This document shows, one piece after another, positions 1-7,775 of a DNA stretch of 32,050 nucleotides. Numbering within the stretch: the stretch's first letter is position 1; each line of letters begins with the position of its first letter. A program made the translations under genes and the position numbers. The notes under the pieces were generated by a model. It saw nothing but the letters and a program-made list of their open reading frames with translations. It searched no databases and was not told the DNA's origin. Origin of the DNA: Betaproteobacteria bacterium (GTDB taxonomy: Bacteria; Pseudomonadota; Gammaproteobacteria; Burkholderiales; JBEEJL01); the NCBI GenBank assembly GCA_043772415.1, contig JAYVGF010000055.1, positions 1 to 32,050 of the forward strand. Direction: 5' to 3'.

Positions 1-252
1 CAAAAACAAATCGCGATTGGCCGCGTTTGCAAAACGATAAGTCGCACCTTGATGCGCGGTTTTGAATTCCGCACTGCCCAAAGCGGGCTTCGCACCGGAA
101 AAATAACTCACCGGATCATGCCCGCGCAACATCAGTTTGCTATCAGCACCCTCATTCACCGTGTTCATGGTGGAGCAAGCTTGCAACAAAAATAATAAAG
201 GCAATACTAGCCGCGTAATAAAACGATGCGATGGTATGGCAATTGAATACAT
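1..252 (-). CDS. Putative lipoprotein with YHS-domain-like motif. Only the N-terminal 84 codons are visible; the 3' end lies beyond the window edge.
   Basis: Absent from the supplied ORF track because there is no stop in the window. Manual minus-strand translation from the ATG at 252-250 gives MYSIAIPSHRFITRLVLPLLFLLQACSTMNTVNEGADSKLMLRGHDPVSYFSGAKPALGSAEFKTAHQGATYRFANAANRDLF. It has a lipobox (LLQAC) and a GGGAGA Shine-Dalgarno 6 nt upstream. The GHDPVSYF...GATYRF pattern resembles YHS-domain proteins. Confidence 0.5.
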   Translation of the reverse strand, partial: MYSIAIPSHRFITRLVLPLLFLLQACSTMNTVNEGADSKLMLRGHDPVSYFSGAKPALGSAEFKTAHQGATYRFANAANRDLFL

Positions 253-416
253 ACTTTTTCTCCCGATAAATTGACGCACACTTTTCTTTGTCGCTTAAAC
301 CACCAACTAGTTCATAGGTCGGATGGCTGCACCATAACTTGCGTGGAATATCGCGGCCTATGGGTTAATTTCCTGATTTAGTTAAAAATTTTTGCCTTTG
401 TTAAATAATTCAATTA

Positions 417-429
417 AATCAATAAGTTA
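417..429 (+). promoter_or_regulatory. IHF-consensus-like 13-mer AATCAATAAGTTA (variant copy of the recurrent motif)
   Basis: Fits WATCAANNNNTTR with an A/T-rich 5' flank (attcaatta). Intergenic, just downstream of the efp terminator. Confidence 0.4.
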
Positions 430-436
430 AATAATA

Positions 437-466
437 AACAAAAAGACGCCGAAGCGCCTTTTTATT
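437..466 (-). terminator. Rho-independent terminator downstream of efp
   Basis: Minus strand reads aaaaaGGCGCttcgGCGTCtttttg. The stem is 5 bp (one G-U pair) with a UUCG tetraloop (hairpin at 445-458), followed by a T-run. It lies 28 nt after the efp stop. Confidence 0.6.
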
Positions 467-485
467 TTTACTTATGCAGAAAGTT

Positions 486-1040
486 TTAGCTAATTCGCCG
501 ACGATATTCGCCCGTCGCAGTATCGATTTCGATTTTGTCGCCGTTCTCGCAGAACAAAGGCACCATAACTTGAAAGCCGGTAGCCGTGGTGGAGGGCTTC
601 ATCGCTTTGCCTGAAGTATCGCCGCGGACTGCCGGGTCGGTGTCGATGACGCGGACATACGAGCCAGGTAATTGCACGGAAATGGCTTTGCCGTCGTAGA
701 ACACCACTTCGCACGGCATTTCGTCTTCGAGATAATTCAGTGCGTCGCCCATACTGTCTTTTTCGATTTCAAACTGGTTGAATTCTTTGTCCATGAATAC
801 ATACAGCGGATCGGCGAAGTAAGAGAAGTTGGCTTCCTTGCGCTCGAGCACCAACAAGTCGAATTTGTCGTCGGCCTTGAACACGGTTTCGTTCGGCGCG
901 CCGGTCAGTAAATTCTTCAGTTTCATTTTCATCACGGCGGAGCTGCGTCCGCCTTTGTTGTATTCGGCCTTCTGGATCACCATCGGGTCTTTGCCGACCA
1001 TAATGACGTTGCCGGCGCGTAGCTCTTGAGCTTGTTTCAT
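486..1040 (-). CDS. efp: Elongation factor P, Arg32 (rhamnosylation-type) subfamily
   Basis: The 184-aa ORF aligns end to end by eye with Pseudomonas/Neisseria-type EF-P ([13 protein letters not shown]...[12 protein letters not shown]...KADDK...ADPLYVFMD...[10 protein letters not shown]...GEY). The loop residue at position 32 is Arg (KGGR32SSA), not the Lys34 of the E. coli type. An AGGAT SD is present. Confidence 0.97.
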   Translation of the reverse strand: MKQAQELRAGNVIMVGKDPMVIQKAEYNKGGRSSAVMKMKLKNLLTGAPNETVFKADDKFDLLVLERKEANFSYFADPLYVFMDKEFNQFEIEKDSMGDALNYLEDEMPCEVVFYDGKAISVQLPGSYVRVIDTDPAVRGDTSGKAMKPSTTATGFQVMVPLFCENGDKIEIDTATGEYRRRIS

Positions 1041-1105
1041 AATCTATCCTGAATGAATTCTGTAGGGGAAAAATCCGGCTAAAACTGCCTTGCCGGGATA
1101 ACGCG

Positions 1106-2245
1106 CTATTTTATCAGTTTTCGGCAAAAATTCGCTAGTCCAGTTGCAAGATCAGTTCTAGCCGCCAATTGTGCGGCCCAGAGGCGATTATGCTGCTGTA
1201 AAGCAGGCAAGTCGCGGGCAAACGCGCGCCACGCCGCGCCCGCTCCTCTGCCCGCATTGAAGGCGCGCCAGAAATCGCGCGTCGCCTTAGCTTGTTCGTG
1301 AGGCATATCGACCGAATATAAGTCTATGAACGCATGGAGTTTGACCCAATGCGCGTTTTCTTTTTGGGGATAAATATGCCAGATGAAAGGTTTCGCTGCC
1401 CACTGCGCGCGCACGAAGGAATCTTCGCCGCGCACAAAATTCACGTCGCAAGCCCACAGCAATTCGTCGTATTGATCCTGATTCGTGAAGGGAATCGATA
1501 CCAACGTGAGTTGGCCACGCTTGAAGCTTGCCAGATTTTTTTCGGCCGGAAAAAATGTTGCCAAAGATTCAGTCGCAACGCCTTGCGGAATCAAACAGGT
1601 AATCGGTTGGGTGCCTTCGGCCCATGTTTGCAACAGCTCCGGCAGCGCAGGATTTTCGTAACAAAATAAACTGATGCGCAATTCATTTTCAGCAGGCAAT
1701 GCCAAGCCCAGCTTTTCCCAGAACTTTGTCTGCGCGTGTTCATCACATTGAAAAGCATCACGCTTTTGCAGCAAATTTTTCTCACGCAACAAGCCGCCGG
1801 TTTTTTCCGTAAAGCCGGGGAAATAAAAGTATTTGGTCAGCGGCAAGCGCGCATGCGGCGACGGCAAGCCGTGATGGCTATCCACCCATGCCTCGGCGCT
1901 GAGGTAATCAAAATTGATCCACGCAGGTGGGCGACTTAAATGCGCCATGGCGATGACATAATTGTCCGGCACATCGCAGCCGAAAGTTTCTATCACAATA
2001 TCGGCGGGAATCAATTCGGGAAACGGCATGCCCCAGCGCCGCACTTCTATATTGCGCACCATTTGGATATCCGCGTGTACATGGGCATCGGCACAGATCC
2101 GGGCAAGACTGGGGAGATGATCTACCCATAAGCGTACTTTGAGTTCCTGTTCGGTCGCGAGTTGCCGAGCCAACCGCCAGGCGACGCCGATATCGCCGAA
2201 ATTATCGACAACCTTGCTAAAAATATCCGCCGTGAGCCATGCCAT
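1106..2245 (-). CDS. earP: EF-P arginine-32 rhamnosyltransferase EarP
   Basis: 379 aa. The N-terminus DIFSKVVDNFGDIGVAWRLARQLA...VRLWVD and the later YLSAEAWV and KYFYFPGFTEKTGGLLRE stretches match the EarP (DUF2331) family signature. It sits immediately upstream of an Arg32 efp, the canonical pairing. Confidence 0.9.
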   Translation of the reverse strand: MAWLTADIFSKVVDNFGDIGVAWRLARQLATEQELKVRLWVDHLPSLARICADAHVHADIQMVRNIEVRRWGMPFPELIPADIVIETFGCDVPDNYVIAMAHLSRPPAWINFDYLSAEAWVDSHHGLPSPHARLPLTKYFYFPGFTEKTGGLLREKNLLQKRDAFQCDEHAQTKFWEKLGLALPAENELRISLFCYENPALPELLQTWAEGTQPITCLIPQGVATESLATFFPAEKNLASFKRGQLTLVSIPFTNQDQYDELLWACDVNFVRGEDSFVRAQWAAKPFIWHIYPQKENAHWVKLHAFIDLYSVDMPHEQAKATRDFWRAFNAGRGAGAAWRAFARDLPALQQHNRLWAAQLAARTDLATGLANFCRKLIK

Positions 2246-2248
2246 TAA

Positions 2249-2695
2249 TCAGAATAGCTTGCCGACTATATAGCCGATGACGATGCCTGCGATCAGCGCA
2301 ACGGTTAAGCCGCGATAAGTGAGCACGTCTTTGGAATAACCGCGCTTGATCGCGACGAAGGACACCAGATAGCCGAACGCATTGAGCAGCCAGATAAAAC
2401 CGATGGAGAGAATTTTGACAATCAGCGGCCCGATGATAGGAACCAAGCCGATGACGCCGACCAACCAAGCCAGCGCGCCGGAGAACATGGCGAGCAACAC
2501 ACCGCCCGCTGCGACAACGGGTTTGCCGACACCGAAATGCAAACCCAGCCACACTAGCCCGGCTAAAGCCAGCCAGACCGGAACCATGATTTTATAGTTT
2601 CTCCAAACCGCTTTCGGCGTGATTTCCTGCTCCAGCGCGGTAGTTTGCGTTGGAGCAGGATCGGCCTTGGTTGGCTTCGATGGTTGCGTAGCCAA
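2249..2695 (-). CDS. Small integral membrane protein, unknown function (about 4 predicted TM helices)
   Basis: 148 aa with a polar N-terminal 30 aa followed by hydrophobic stretches (VPVWLALAGLVWLGL, VVAAGGVLLAMFSGALAWLVGVIGLVPIIGPLIV, IGFIWLLNAFGYLVSFVAI, LTVALIAGIVIGYIVG). Its TGA stop is 3 nt from the earP ATG, and its start is 5 nt from the upstream gene's stop. Confidence 0.6.
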   Translation of the reverse strand: MATQPSKPTKADPAPTQTTALEQEITPKAVWRNYKIMVPVWLALAGLVWLGLHFGVGKPVVAAGGVLLAMFSGALAWLVGVIGLVPIIGPLIVKILSIGFIWLLNAFGYLVSFVAIKRGYSKDVLTYRGLTVALIAGIVIGYIVGKLF

Positions 2696-2700
2696 AATAT

Positions 2701-3216
2701 TTAAGCAGGAGTAGGAACAAAGTCGCGCTTGCCCACATCCACGCCGTTATGGCGCAAGATGGCGTAGGCAGTGGTGGCGTGGAAATAAAAATTCGGCTGC
2801 ACCATTTCCAATAAATAAGTTTGCCCTTTCAGTTTGACGGCGTGGCCGCCGATGGTGAGATTAATCTCGCGCTCTTCCGAGCCGTCAATTTGCGCGGGCG
2901 TAAAAGTTTTCAAAAAGGTAATGGTTTTCTGGATGCGCGCTTTCAAATCGGCGAAACTCACTTCGGTGTCTTCGTACTTCGGCACTTCAGCGCCCGCCAA
3001 GCGCGCGGCCGCACCTTTGGCGAAGTCGGTGGCGATCTGGATTTGTTTGATGAAGTTGAGCATGTCGGGGAACAAACGCAAATTCAACAAGACCGCATGG
3101 TCGATTTTTTTTGCGTCGGCGTGAGCGGCCGCTTTATCGAGAATGGTAGAGAGATTGTTCAGATTGCGGATAAATACTGGGACGGACGCCTGGTACATGG
3201 AGATTGCCATACTCAT
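2701..3216 (-). CDS. DUF1993 domain-containing protein
   Basis: MSMAISMYQASVPVFIRNLNNLSTILDKA...LRLFPDMLNFIKQIQIATDFAKG...NFYFHATTAYAILRHNGVDVGKRDF is the typical DUF1993 pattern. I placed the start at the ATG at 3216 (AAAGGA SD) rather than at the ORF-track start at 3267. Confidence 0.8.
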   Translation of the reverse strand: MSMAISMYQASVPVFIRNLNNLSTILDKAAAHADAKKIDHAVLLNLRLFPDMLNFIKQIQIATDFAKGAAARLAGAEVPKYEDTEVSFADLKARIQKTITFLKTFTPAQIDGSEEREINLTIGGHAVKLKGQTYLLEMVQPNFYFHATTAYAILRHNGVDVGKRDFVPTPA

Positions 3217-3256
3217 TTTTCCTTTAGATAAACAACATGAAAACTCTTTGCGGTGA

Positions 3257-3592
3257 TTATTCCGCAATAAATTCCGCGCGCACTACACGCCATTCCTGCG
3301 GCCCGCTCAAACTGCGCGAACAACCCAAAGGCTCAGGCTCTGCCGCGACTTTCAAATCGGTTTTGGAGCGGTCGCCGGTGCCGACGCCCATGTGATAACG
3401 ATCCAACCACACGCGTAGTTTATTTTTCGGGTGGGTGTTCTTCACTAGGATTTGCACTGCTTCGCGAGACACGCATGTGGCTTCGAATTCCTGCACAAAG
3501 GCGATGTAGGCTGTCGCGTCCTTTGCCGACTCTTGCGCATGAGTGGCGGTAAATAGACTCAAAAAAATCAAAAAGATGGATAGACGTAACAT
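3257..3592 (-). CDS. Small secreted hypothetical protein
   Basis: Signal-peptide-like N-terminus MLRLSIFLIFLSLFTATHA/QE. No family recognised. The start is ambiguous (3592 preferred; the ORF-track start is 3634) and neither has a clear SD. Confidence 0.45.
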   Translation of the reverse strand: MLRLSIFLIFLSLFTATHAQESAKDATAYIAFVQEFEATCVSREAVQILVKNTHPKNKLRVWLDRYHMGVGTGDRSKTDLKVAAEPEPLGCSRSLSGPQEWRVVRAEFIAE

Positions 3593-3599
3593 ATTGATT
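3587..3599 (-). promoter_or_regulatory. IHF-consensus-like 13-mer AATCAATATGTTA (the only minus-strand copy; overlaps the ATG at 3592)
   Basis: Minus strand reads tttaatatAATCAATATGTTAcgt. It fits WATCAANNNNTTR and resembles the recurrent motif. Confidence 0.3.
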
Positions 3600-3647
3600 A
3601 TATTAAATAATTTAATAAGTGGTTTGATCAGCATAATGTATTCTAGC

Positions 3648-4718
3648 TCACGCCTCAGGCTTTTTCGCTAGGCTGTAATAATAGTTGCCGTCGATAAACG
3701 GATGTTCATTCAACACATGATGAAACGCGCCGAGGTCGAATAATTGTCGCCCGATGTCGATGGCCTTGTCGGCGCTGAAGCGATGTTTATCCACCAACCA
3801 ATCGACAAACGCCGAGCCGACAAAACAATCATCGTATTTTTTCCCGCCGTAAGTACGGTCCGCCACCAGGCCGTGGCGGTTCTGCAGCAGCTTTTGCAAG
3901 ACGACTTGTATGAACAAGTCGTCGATATTTTGCTCATTGCGAGCTACGCGGAAAAACAATTTGTCGTCGTTGAAATCCTGCTCATAGACGACGTGGTAAA
4001 TATAGCCGAGGCGCTGCAACACTTTGCCTACGTTGGTCGCCATCGCGCGGGATACGGCGAGGCGCAGTGCCAGCCAGGTGACCATATCTTTGGCAATTAC
4101 GCAGAGACGATATTTTTTCAGGTGATAGCTACGGTCTTCGTGCGCCAGCTCGGTCGCCATTTCCATGTCGGACACCAGCGCGACAGGCGTCAAGCTGTGC
4201 TGCTTAAGCAGGGTCATTACAGCTTCGCTGATGCGCAATTCGTCAGCGATGCTATCGGCATCAAAACCCACTTCGCGTAAATAATTTTCCGCATCAATAT
4301 TTTTTACCTGCGCACCACTTTCCTGAATTAAGCGCAGAAATTGCGCCATAGCCTGCGGCATTTCCATCACATGCGCGCGCGGCAACAAACCCAACGCGCC
4401 GGATTTTTTTACCCAATTATTTTGCCCGCTTGAAATGTGCGCGGAATAGGCAGAGATCGCCACCACGACGCCATCTCGATAGGTTCGATTAAAACTTTGT
4501 ATCCAGTCGATCAAAGTGGTTTTCTGTTGCGCCAGATAGGCAAGATCGATTAACAAAACGGGATTGCTCGCATCGCCTAATGCAGCCACAACTTCGCTGT
4601 GTAAATCGCGCCTCGTGGGGGTCGTGAGCAAAATCAATCCCTGCAAAGCAAAAGCAGCACGCCACGCTGTAATCAATGCCTCGTCGCGCGTAATCAGTAG
4701 GTAACTTATTTTTGCCAT
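3648..4718 (-). CDS. Receiver-like N-terminal domain protein with two tandem DEP domains
   Basis: 356 aa. Two segments match the DEP-domain pattern: HEDRSYHLKKYRLCVIAKDMVTWLALRLAVSRAMATNVGKVLQRLGYIYHVVYEQDFNDDKLFFRV and VADRTYGGKKYDDCFVGSAFVDWLVDKHRFSADKAIDIGRQLFDLGAFHHVLNEHPFIDGNYYYSL. The N-terminal roughly 120 aa has a CheY-like alternation (LLITRDE ... VLLIDLAYL ... VVVAISAYS). Confidence 0.7.
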   Translation of the reverse strand: MAKISYLLITRDEALITAWRAAFALQGLILLTTPTRRDLHSEVVAALGDASNPVLLIDLAYLAQQKTTLIDWIQSFNRTYRDGVVVAISAYSAHISSGQNNWVKKSGALGLLPRAHVMEMPQAMAQFLRLIQESGAQVKNIDAENYLREVGFDADSIADELRISEAVMTLLKQHSLTPVALVSDMEMATELAHEDRSYHLKKYRLCVIAKDMVTWLALRLAVSRAMATNVGKVLQRLGYIYHVVYEQDFNDDKLFFRVARNEQNIDDLFIQVVLQKLLQNRHGLVADRTYGGKKYDDCFVGSAFVDWLVDKHRFSADKAIDIGRQLFDLGAFHHVLNEHPFIDGNYYYSLAKKPEA

Positions 4719-4794
4719 AGCTCGCCCTCAGAAAAAAACCTGTTGATATTTACATCAAGGTTTAGTCGTTTGACGCGACGACACCTATCAACAC

Positions 4795-5916
4795 CTATTG
4801 TTTATCGGGCTTATTGTCGCGCAATGCTTTTGCGCCGGGCCAATATTTTGCCTGGCCGCGCTCGTATTGCGGCGGATAAGCGGTTTGCGCGCCCAGTACT
4901 TCTGCCGCATGCCAGACCCAGCGCGGGTTGTCGATGAATCCACGTGCGATAGCGACCATGTCCGCTTGGCCTGATGCAATAATCTGCTCGGCCTGTTGCG
5001 GCGAGACGATCATGCCGACCGCGCGCGTGGCGATGCCGACTTGTTTTTTTATTTGGGCGGCGAACGGCACTTGATAATTCAGCCCTACTTCTATTTTTGC
5101 CTTAGCGGCAATGCCGCCGCTGGTGACGCAAACATAATCGTAATCAAGTTTTTTTAGTTCCGAGGCAAAGCGCACCGCTTCATCCGGTGTCGTGCCGCCA
5201 TCATACCAATCGCTGCCGCTGATACGCGCGCCTAATGGTTTGTCGCGCCATACTTGGCGCATTTCTGCAGCGACCTCCAACGGAAAGCGCATGCGGTTTT
5301 CCAGACTGCCGCCGTATTCGTCGTTGCGCAAATTCGACAACGGCGATAAAAATTCATTCAGCAAATAACCGTGCGCGGCATGCAGCTCAACCAAATCAAT
5401 TCCCAGCCGATCGGAACGTCGGGCTGCCGACATAAAGGCCGCCTTCACGCGATCCATGTCTGCGCGCGTCATCGCGTGCGGCGTATGCCAGCCTTCTGCC
5501 ATCGGCTCCGCTGACGGTGCCATGGTGAGCCAAGCCCCTTCGTCCGTTTGCAAAGACGGCGCTCCTCTGTGCCACGGCGCATGCACCGAACCCTTGCGGC
5601 CCGAATGCGCAAGCTGTATGCCGATGGGTGTATTGCCGTATTGACGACAAACTTTCAGCACACGATCCAGCGCTTGTTCGTTTTCGTCGGAGTACAAACC
5701 TAAACATTCGCGGCTGATGCGCCCTATCGCTTCCACCCCGGTCGCTTCGAGCATGAGCAAACCTGCGCCGGAGACGGCAAGCGTACCAAGATGCATGGTG
5801 TGCCAATCGGTGGCGCTGCCATCGACAGCGCTGTATTGGCACATCGGCGCGACCACGATGCGATTAGGCAAGGTGAGGTTACGTAATGTTATCGACGAGA
5901 ATAATGCGCTAGTCAT
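4795..5916 (-). CDS. NADH:flavin oxidoreductase, Old Yellow Enzyme family (YqjM-like class)
   Basis: 373 aa. LTLPNRIVVAPMCQYS, GLLMLEATGV, IQLAHSGRKG, ELHAAHGYLLNEFLSPLSNLRNDEYGGSLENRMRF and ARGFIDNPRW are classic OYE motifs. Confidence 0.9.
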   Translation of the reverse strand: MTSALFSSITLRNLTLPNRIVVAPMCQYSAVDGSATDWHTMHLGTLAVSGAGLLMLEATGVEAIGRISRECLGLYSDENEQALDRVLKVCRQYGNTPIGIQLAHSGRKGSVHAPWHRGAPSLQTDEGAWLTMAPSAEPMAEGWHTPHAMTRADMDRVKAAFMSAARRSDRLGIDLVELHAAHGYLLNEFLSPLSNLRNDEYGGSLENRMRFPLEVAAEMRQVWRDKPLGARISGSDWYDGGTTPDEAVRFASELKKLDYDYVCVTSGGIAAKAKIEVGLNYQVPFAAQIKKQVGIATRAVGMIVSPQQAEQIIASGQADMVAIARGFIDNPRWVWHAAEVLGAQTAYPPQYERGQAKYWPGAKALRDNKPDKQ

Positions 5917-5931
5917 GGTTTGATCTTTACT

Positions 5932-6414
5932 TTAGAGTTTTTTACCCAGCATGGTGCCGCGGCATTTAGGCGCGCCGCAACGGCATTCATAATTTTTTTT
6001 CATCGCCACGGTATGGCGTTCTTCCAAAATCAGGCTGTAGTCATAGACCAATTCCTCACCGCGATTAATGTCGCGCAAGGCATAAATAAATATGCGCCCG
6101 TCTTCGTCTACTGCTTGGCAATTGGGTTTGCAGCCATGATTAATCCAGCGCGCGTCGTTGCCGCCTACGGCAGCGTCGAGGACAAAACGGCCATCGCCGA
6201 GGTCGAACAAAAAGGTGTGATACGGATTATCCGGATCGGCCGGATCGGCCTTGAGCGCTTGTTTCCAAGACGTGCGTTTACCCACGTATTCGATCACCTG
6301 CGTATCTTCGGCAATTTTACGCGCGGCGAAAACGCCGTTACCGTGTAGTTTGGATTTTTTAACCATAAACAAAGGTGTGGATTCAGGTTTGACTGCGGAT
6401 TTTTTACTTGGCAT
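5932..6414 (-). CDS. SET domain-containing protein-lysine N-methyltransferase
   Basis: 160 aa. HGNGVFAARKI...VIEYVG, the NHGCKPNC motif, ELVYDY, and a Cys-rich post-SET motif CRCGAPKCRG. Confidence 0.88.
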   Translation of the reverse strand: MPSKKSAVKPESTPLFMVKKSKLHGNGVFAARKIAEDTQVIEYVGKRTSWKQALKADPADPDNPYHTFLFDLGDGRFVLDAAVGGNDARWINHGCKPNCQAVDEDGRIFIYALRDINRGEELVYDYSLILEERHTVAMKKNYECRCGAPKCRGTMLGKKL

Positions 6415-6537
6415 TTCTATACATTCTCTATTTAATCGGAAGTGCGGATTATACCCGTCAATATAGCGGACGGCACTGTCTCAATGGCGATTTGCTATAG
6501 TGTCAGATTATTCAGTCCCTATCGTCAAAGCTGCTTC

Positions 6538-7746
6538 ATGCCGAACCAAACTTCCGTCAAAAACGAAACCGTTTTACTCTATACGCTCGCCGGCATCCAA
6601 TTTACCCACATCATGGATTTCATGATTGTGTTTCCGTTGGGTCCGATGTTCCGCCGCGTGTTGGAGATTTCCGCCCATGAGTTCGGCTGGCTGGTGTCGG
6701 TGTATTCCTTCGCCGCCGCCATCAGCGGCTTACTCGCCGCGACCTTTATAGACCGCTACGACCGCAAACGCATCGTGCTCACTTTGTATATGCTATTTGC
6801 CGTCGCCACACTGCTGTGTGCGCTGGCACCTAATTTTTGGTTTCTTATCATTGCCCGTGCGTTGGCCGGTATGTTCGGCGGCGTGCTCGGCGCCATGGTG
6901 CAGGCGTATATCGGCGACTGCATCCCTGAGGAACGGCGCGGTCGCGCGATGGGCGTGGTAATGGGCGCGTTTTCCCTATCGACCATCGCCGGCGTGCCGC
7001 TCGGCTTGTGGCTGGCGAATCATTTCAGTTGGCGCGCGCCCTTCTTGTTTGTCGCGGCGTTGTTGTTGATCATTTTTGGCCTCGGCATCCGTGCGCTACC
7101 CAAGGTGCCGCCGCATGCGAATAGCCGCGATCACAAACATATTTTTGTGCCGATGCTGGCCGTGCTGCGCGAGCCGAATCATCTGCGCGCGTTTACTTTC
7201 ATGTGCCTGATGATTATGTCGAGCTTTTCCGTCATCCCCTTTATCACGATTTACATGACAGCCAATGTCAAAGTCAGCGAAACCTTGCTGCCGTTCATTT
7301 ATTTGGTCGGCGGCTTCGCCACTTTTTTCTCTTCGCGCGGCATCGGCTGGGCGGCAGATAAATTCGGCAAAATTAAAACGAATCGCTGGGTCGCCATGAC
7401 CGCCATGTTGCCGCTATTATTGGTGACGCATTTGCAACCCACTTCATTTGTATGGGTGCTGACGACGACGACTTTATTTTTTGTGTTCATCTCAGGCCGC
7501 ATGATCCCCGGCATGGCGGTGGTGACCTCCAGCGCGTTGCCGCATTTACGCGGCACCTTTATGAGTATGAATGCATCGGCGATGCAAATGGCATCAGGAC
7601 TCGCGTCGCTGCTGGCGGGATTGATGATGGGCCACACCGAGACCGGCGAACTGACGCGCTACAACTGGGTAGGTTATGCAGCGATGACGCTAGGATTTAT
7701 GGCGATGTGGATGATAGGACGCGTAAAAATTCATTCGGCGCGATAG
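6538..7746 (+). CDS. MFS transporter
   Basis: About 402 aa with 12 hydrophobic segments and the MFS loop motif DRYDRKRIV. I chose the ATG at 6538 (MPNQTS...). The ORF-track GTG at 6442 adds a non-hydrophobic extension and is probably spurious. Confidence 0.8.
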   Translation: MPNQTSVKNETVLLYTLAGIQFTHIMDFMIVFPLGPMFRRVLEISAHEFGWLVSVYSFAAAISGLLAATFIDRYDRKRIVLTLYMLFAVATLLCALAPNFWFLIIARALAGMFGGVLGAMVQAYIGDCIPEERRGRAMGVVMGAFSLSTIAGVPLGLWLANHFSWRAPFLFVAALLLIIFGLGIRALPKVPPHANSRDHKHIFVPMLAVLREPNHLRAFTFMCLMIMSSFSVIPFITIYMTANVKVSETLLPFIYLVGGFATFFSSRGIGWAADKFGKIKTNRWVAMTAMLPLLLVTHLQPTSFVWVLTTTTLFFVFISGRMIPGMAVVTSSALPHLRGTFMSMNASAMQMASGLASLLAGLMMGHTETGELTRYNWVGYAAMTLGFMAMWMIGRVKIHSAR

Positions 7747-7761
7747 AAAAATATTCAATGT

Positions 7762-7774
7762 AATCAAATAGTTA
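7762..7774 (+). promoter_or_regulatory. Recurrent 13-mer AATCAAATAGTTA (exact copy), IHF-consensus-like
   Basis: Lies in the 29-nt convergent gap between the MFS stop (7746) and the DMT stop (7776). The 5' flank is attcaatgt. Confidence 0.45.
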
Positions 7775-7775
7775 T

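Noticed and set aside
5396-5842. 148-aa alternative-frame ORF inside the OYE gene, and a 178-aa antisense ORF at 3744-4280 inside the DEP gene
   Set aside because: These are Arg/Ala-rich out-of-frame translations typical of GC-moderate coding DNA. The annotated frames have clear family motifs.
6442-6537. N-terminal extensions offered by the ORF track (GTG at 6442 for the MFS gene; also 8765 for DMT, 3267 for DUF1993, 20614 for PP0621 and 21898 for OmpA)
   Set aside because: The extensions are non-homologous-looking and often basic or Cys-rich junk. Internal starts give canonical N-termini, mostly with better SD sequences. The choice remains unverified without alignments.
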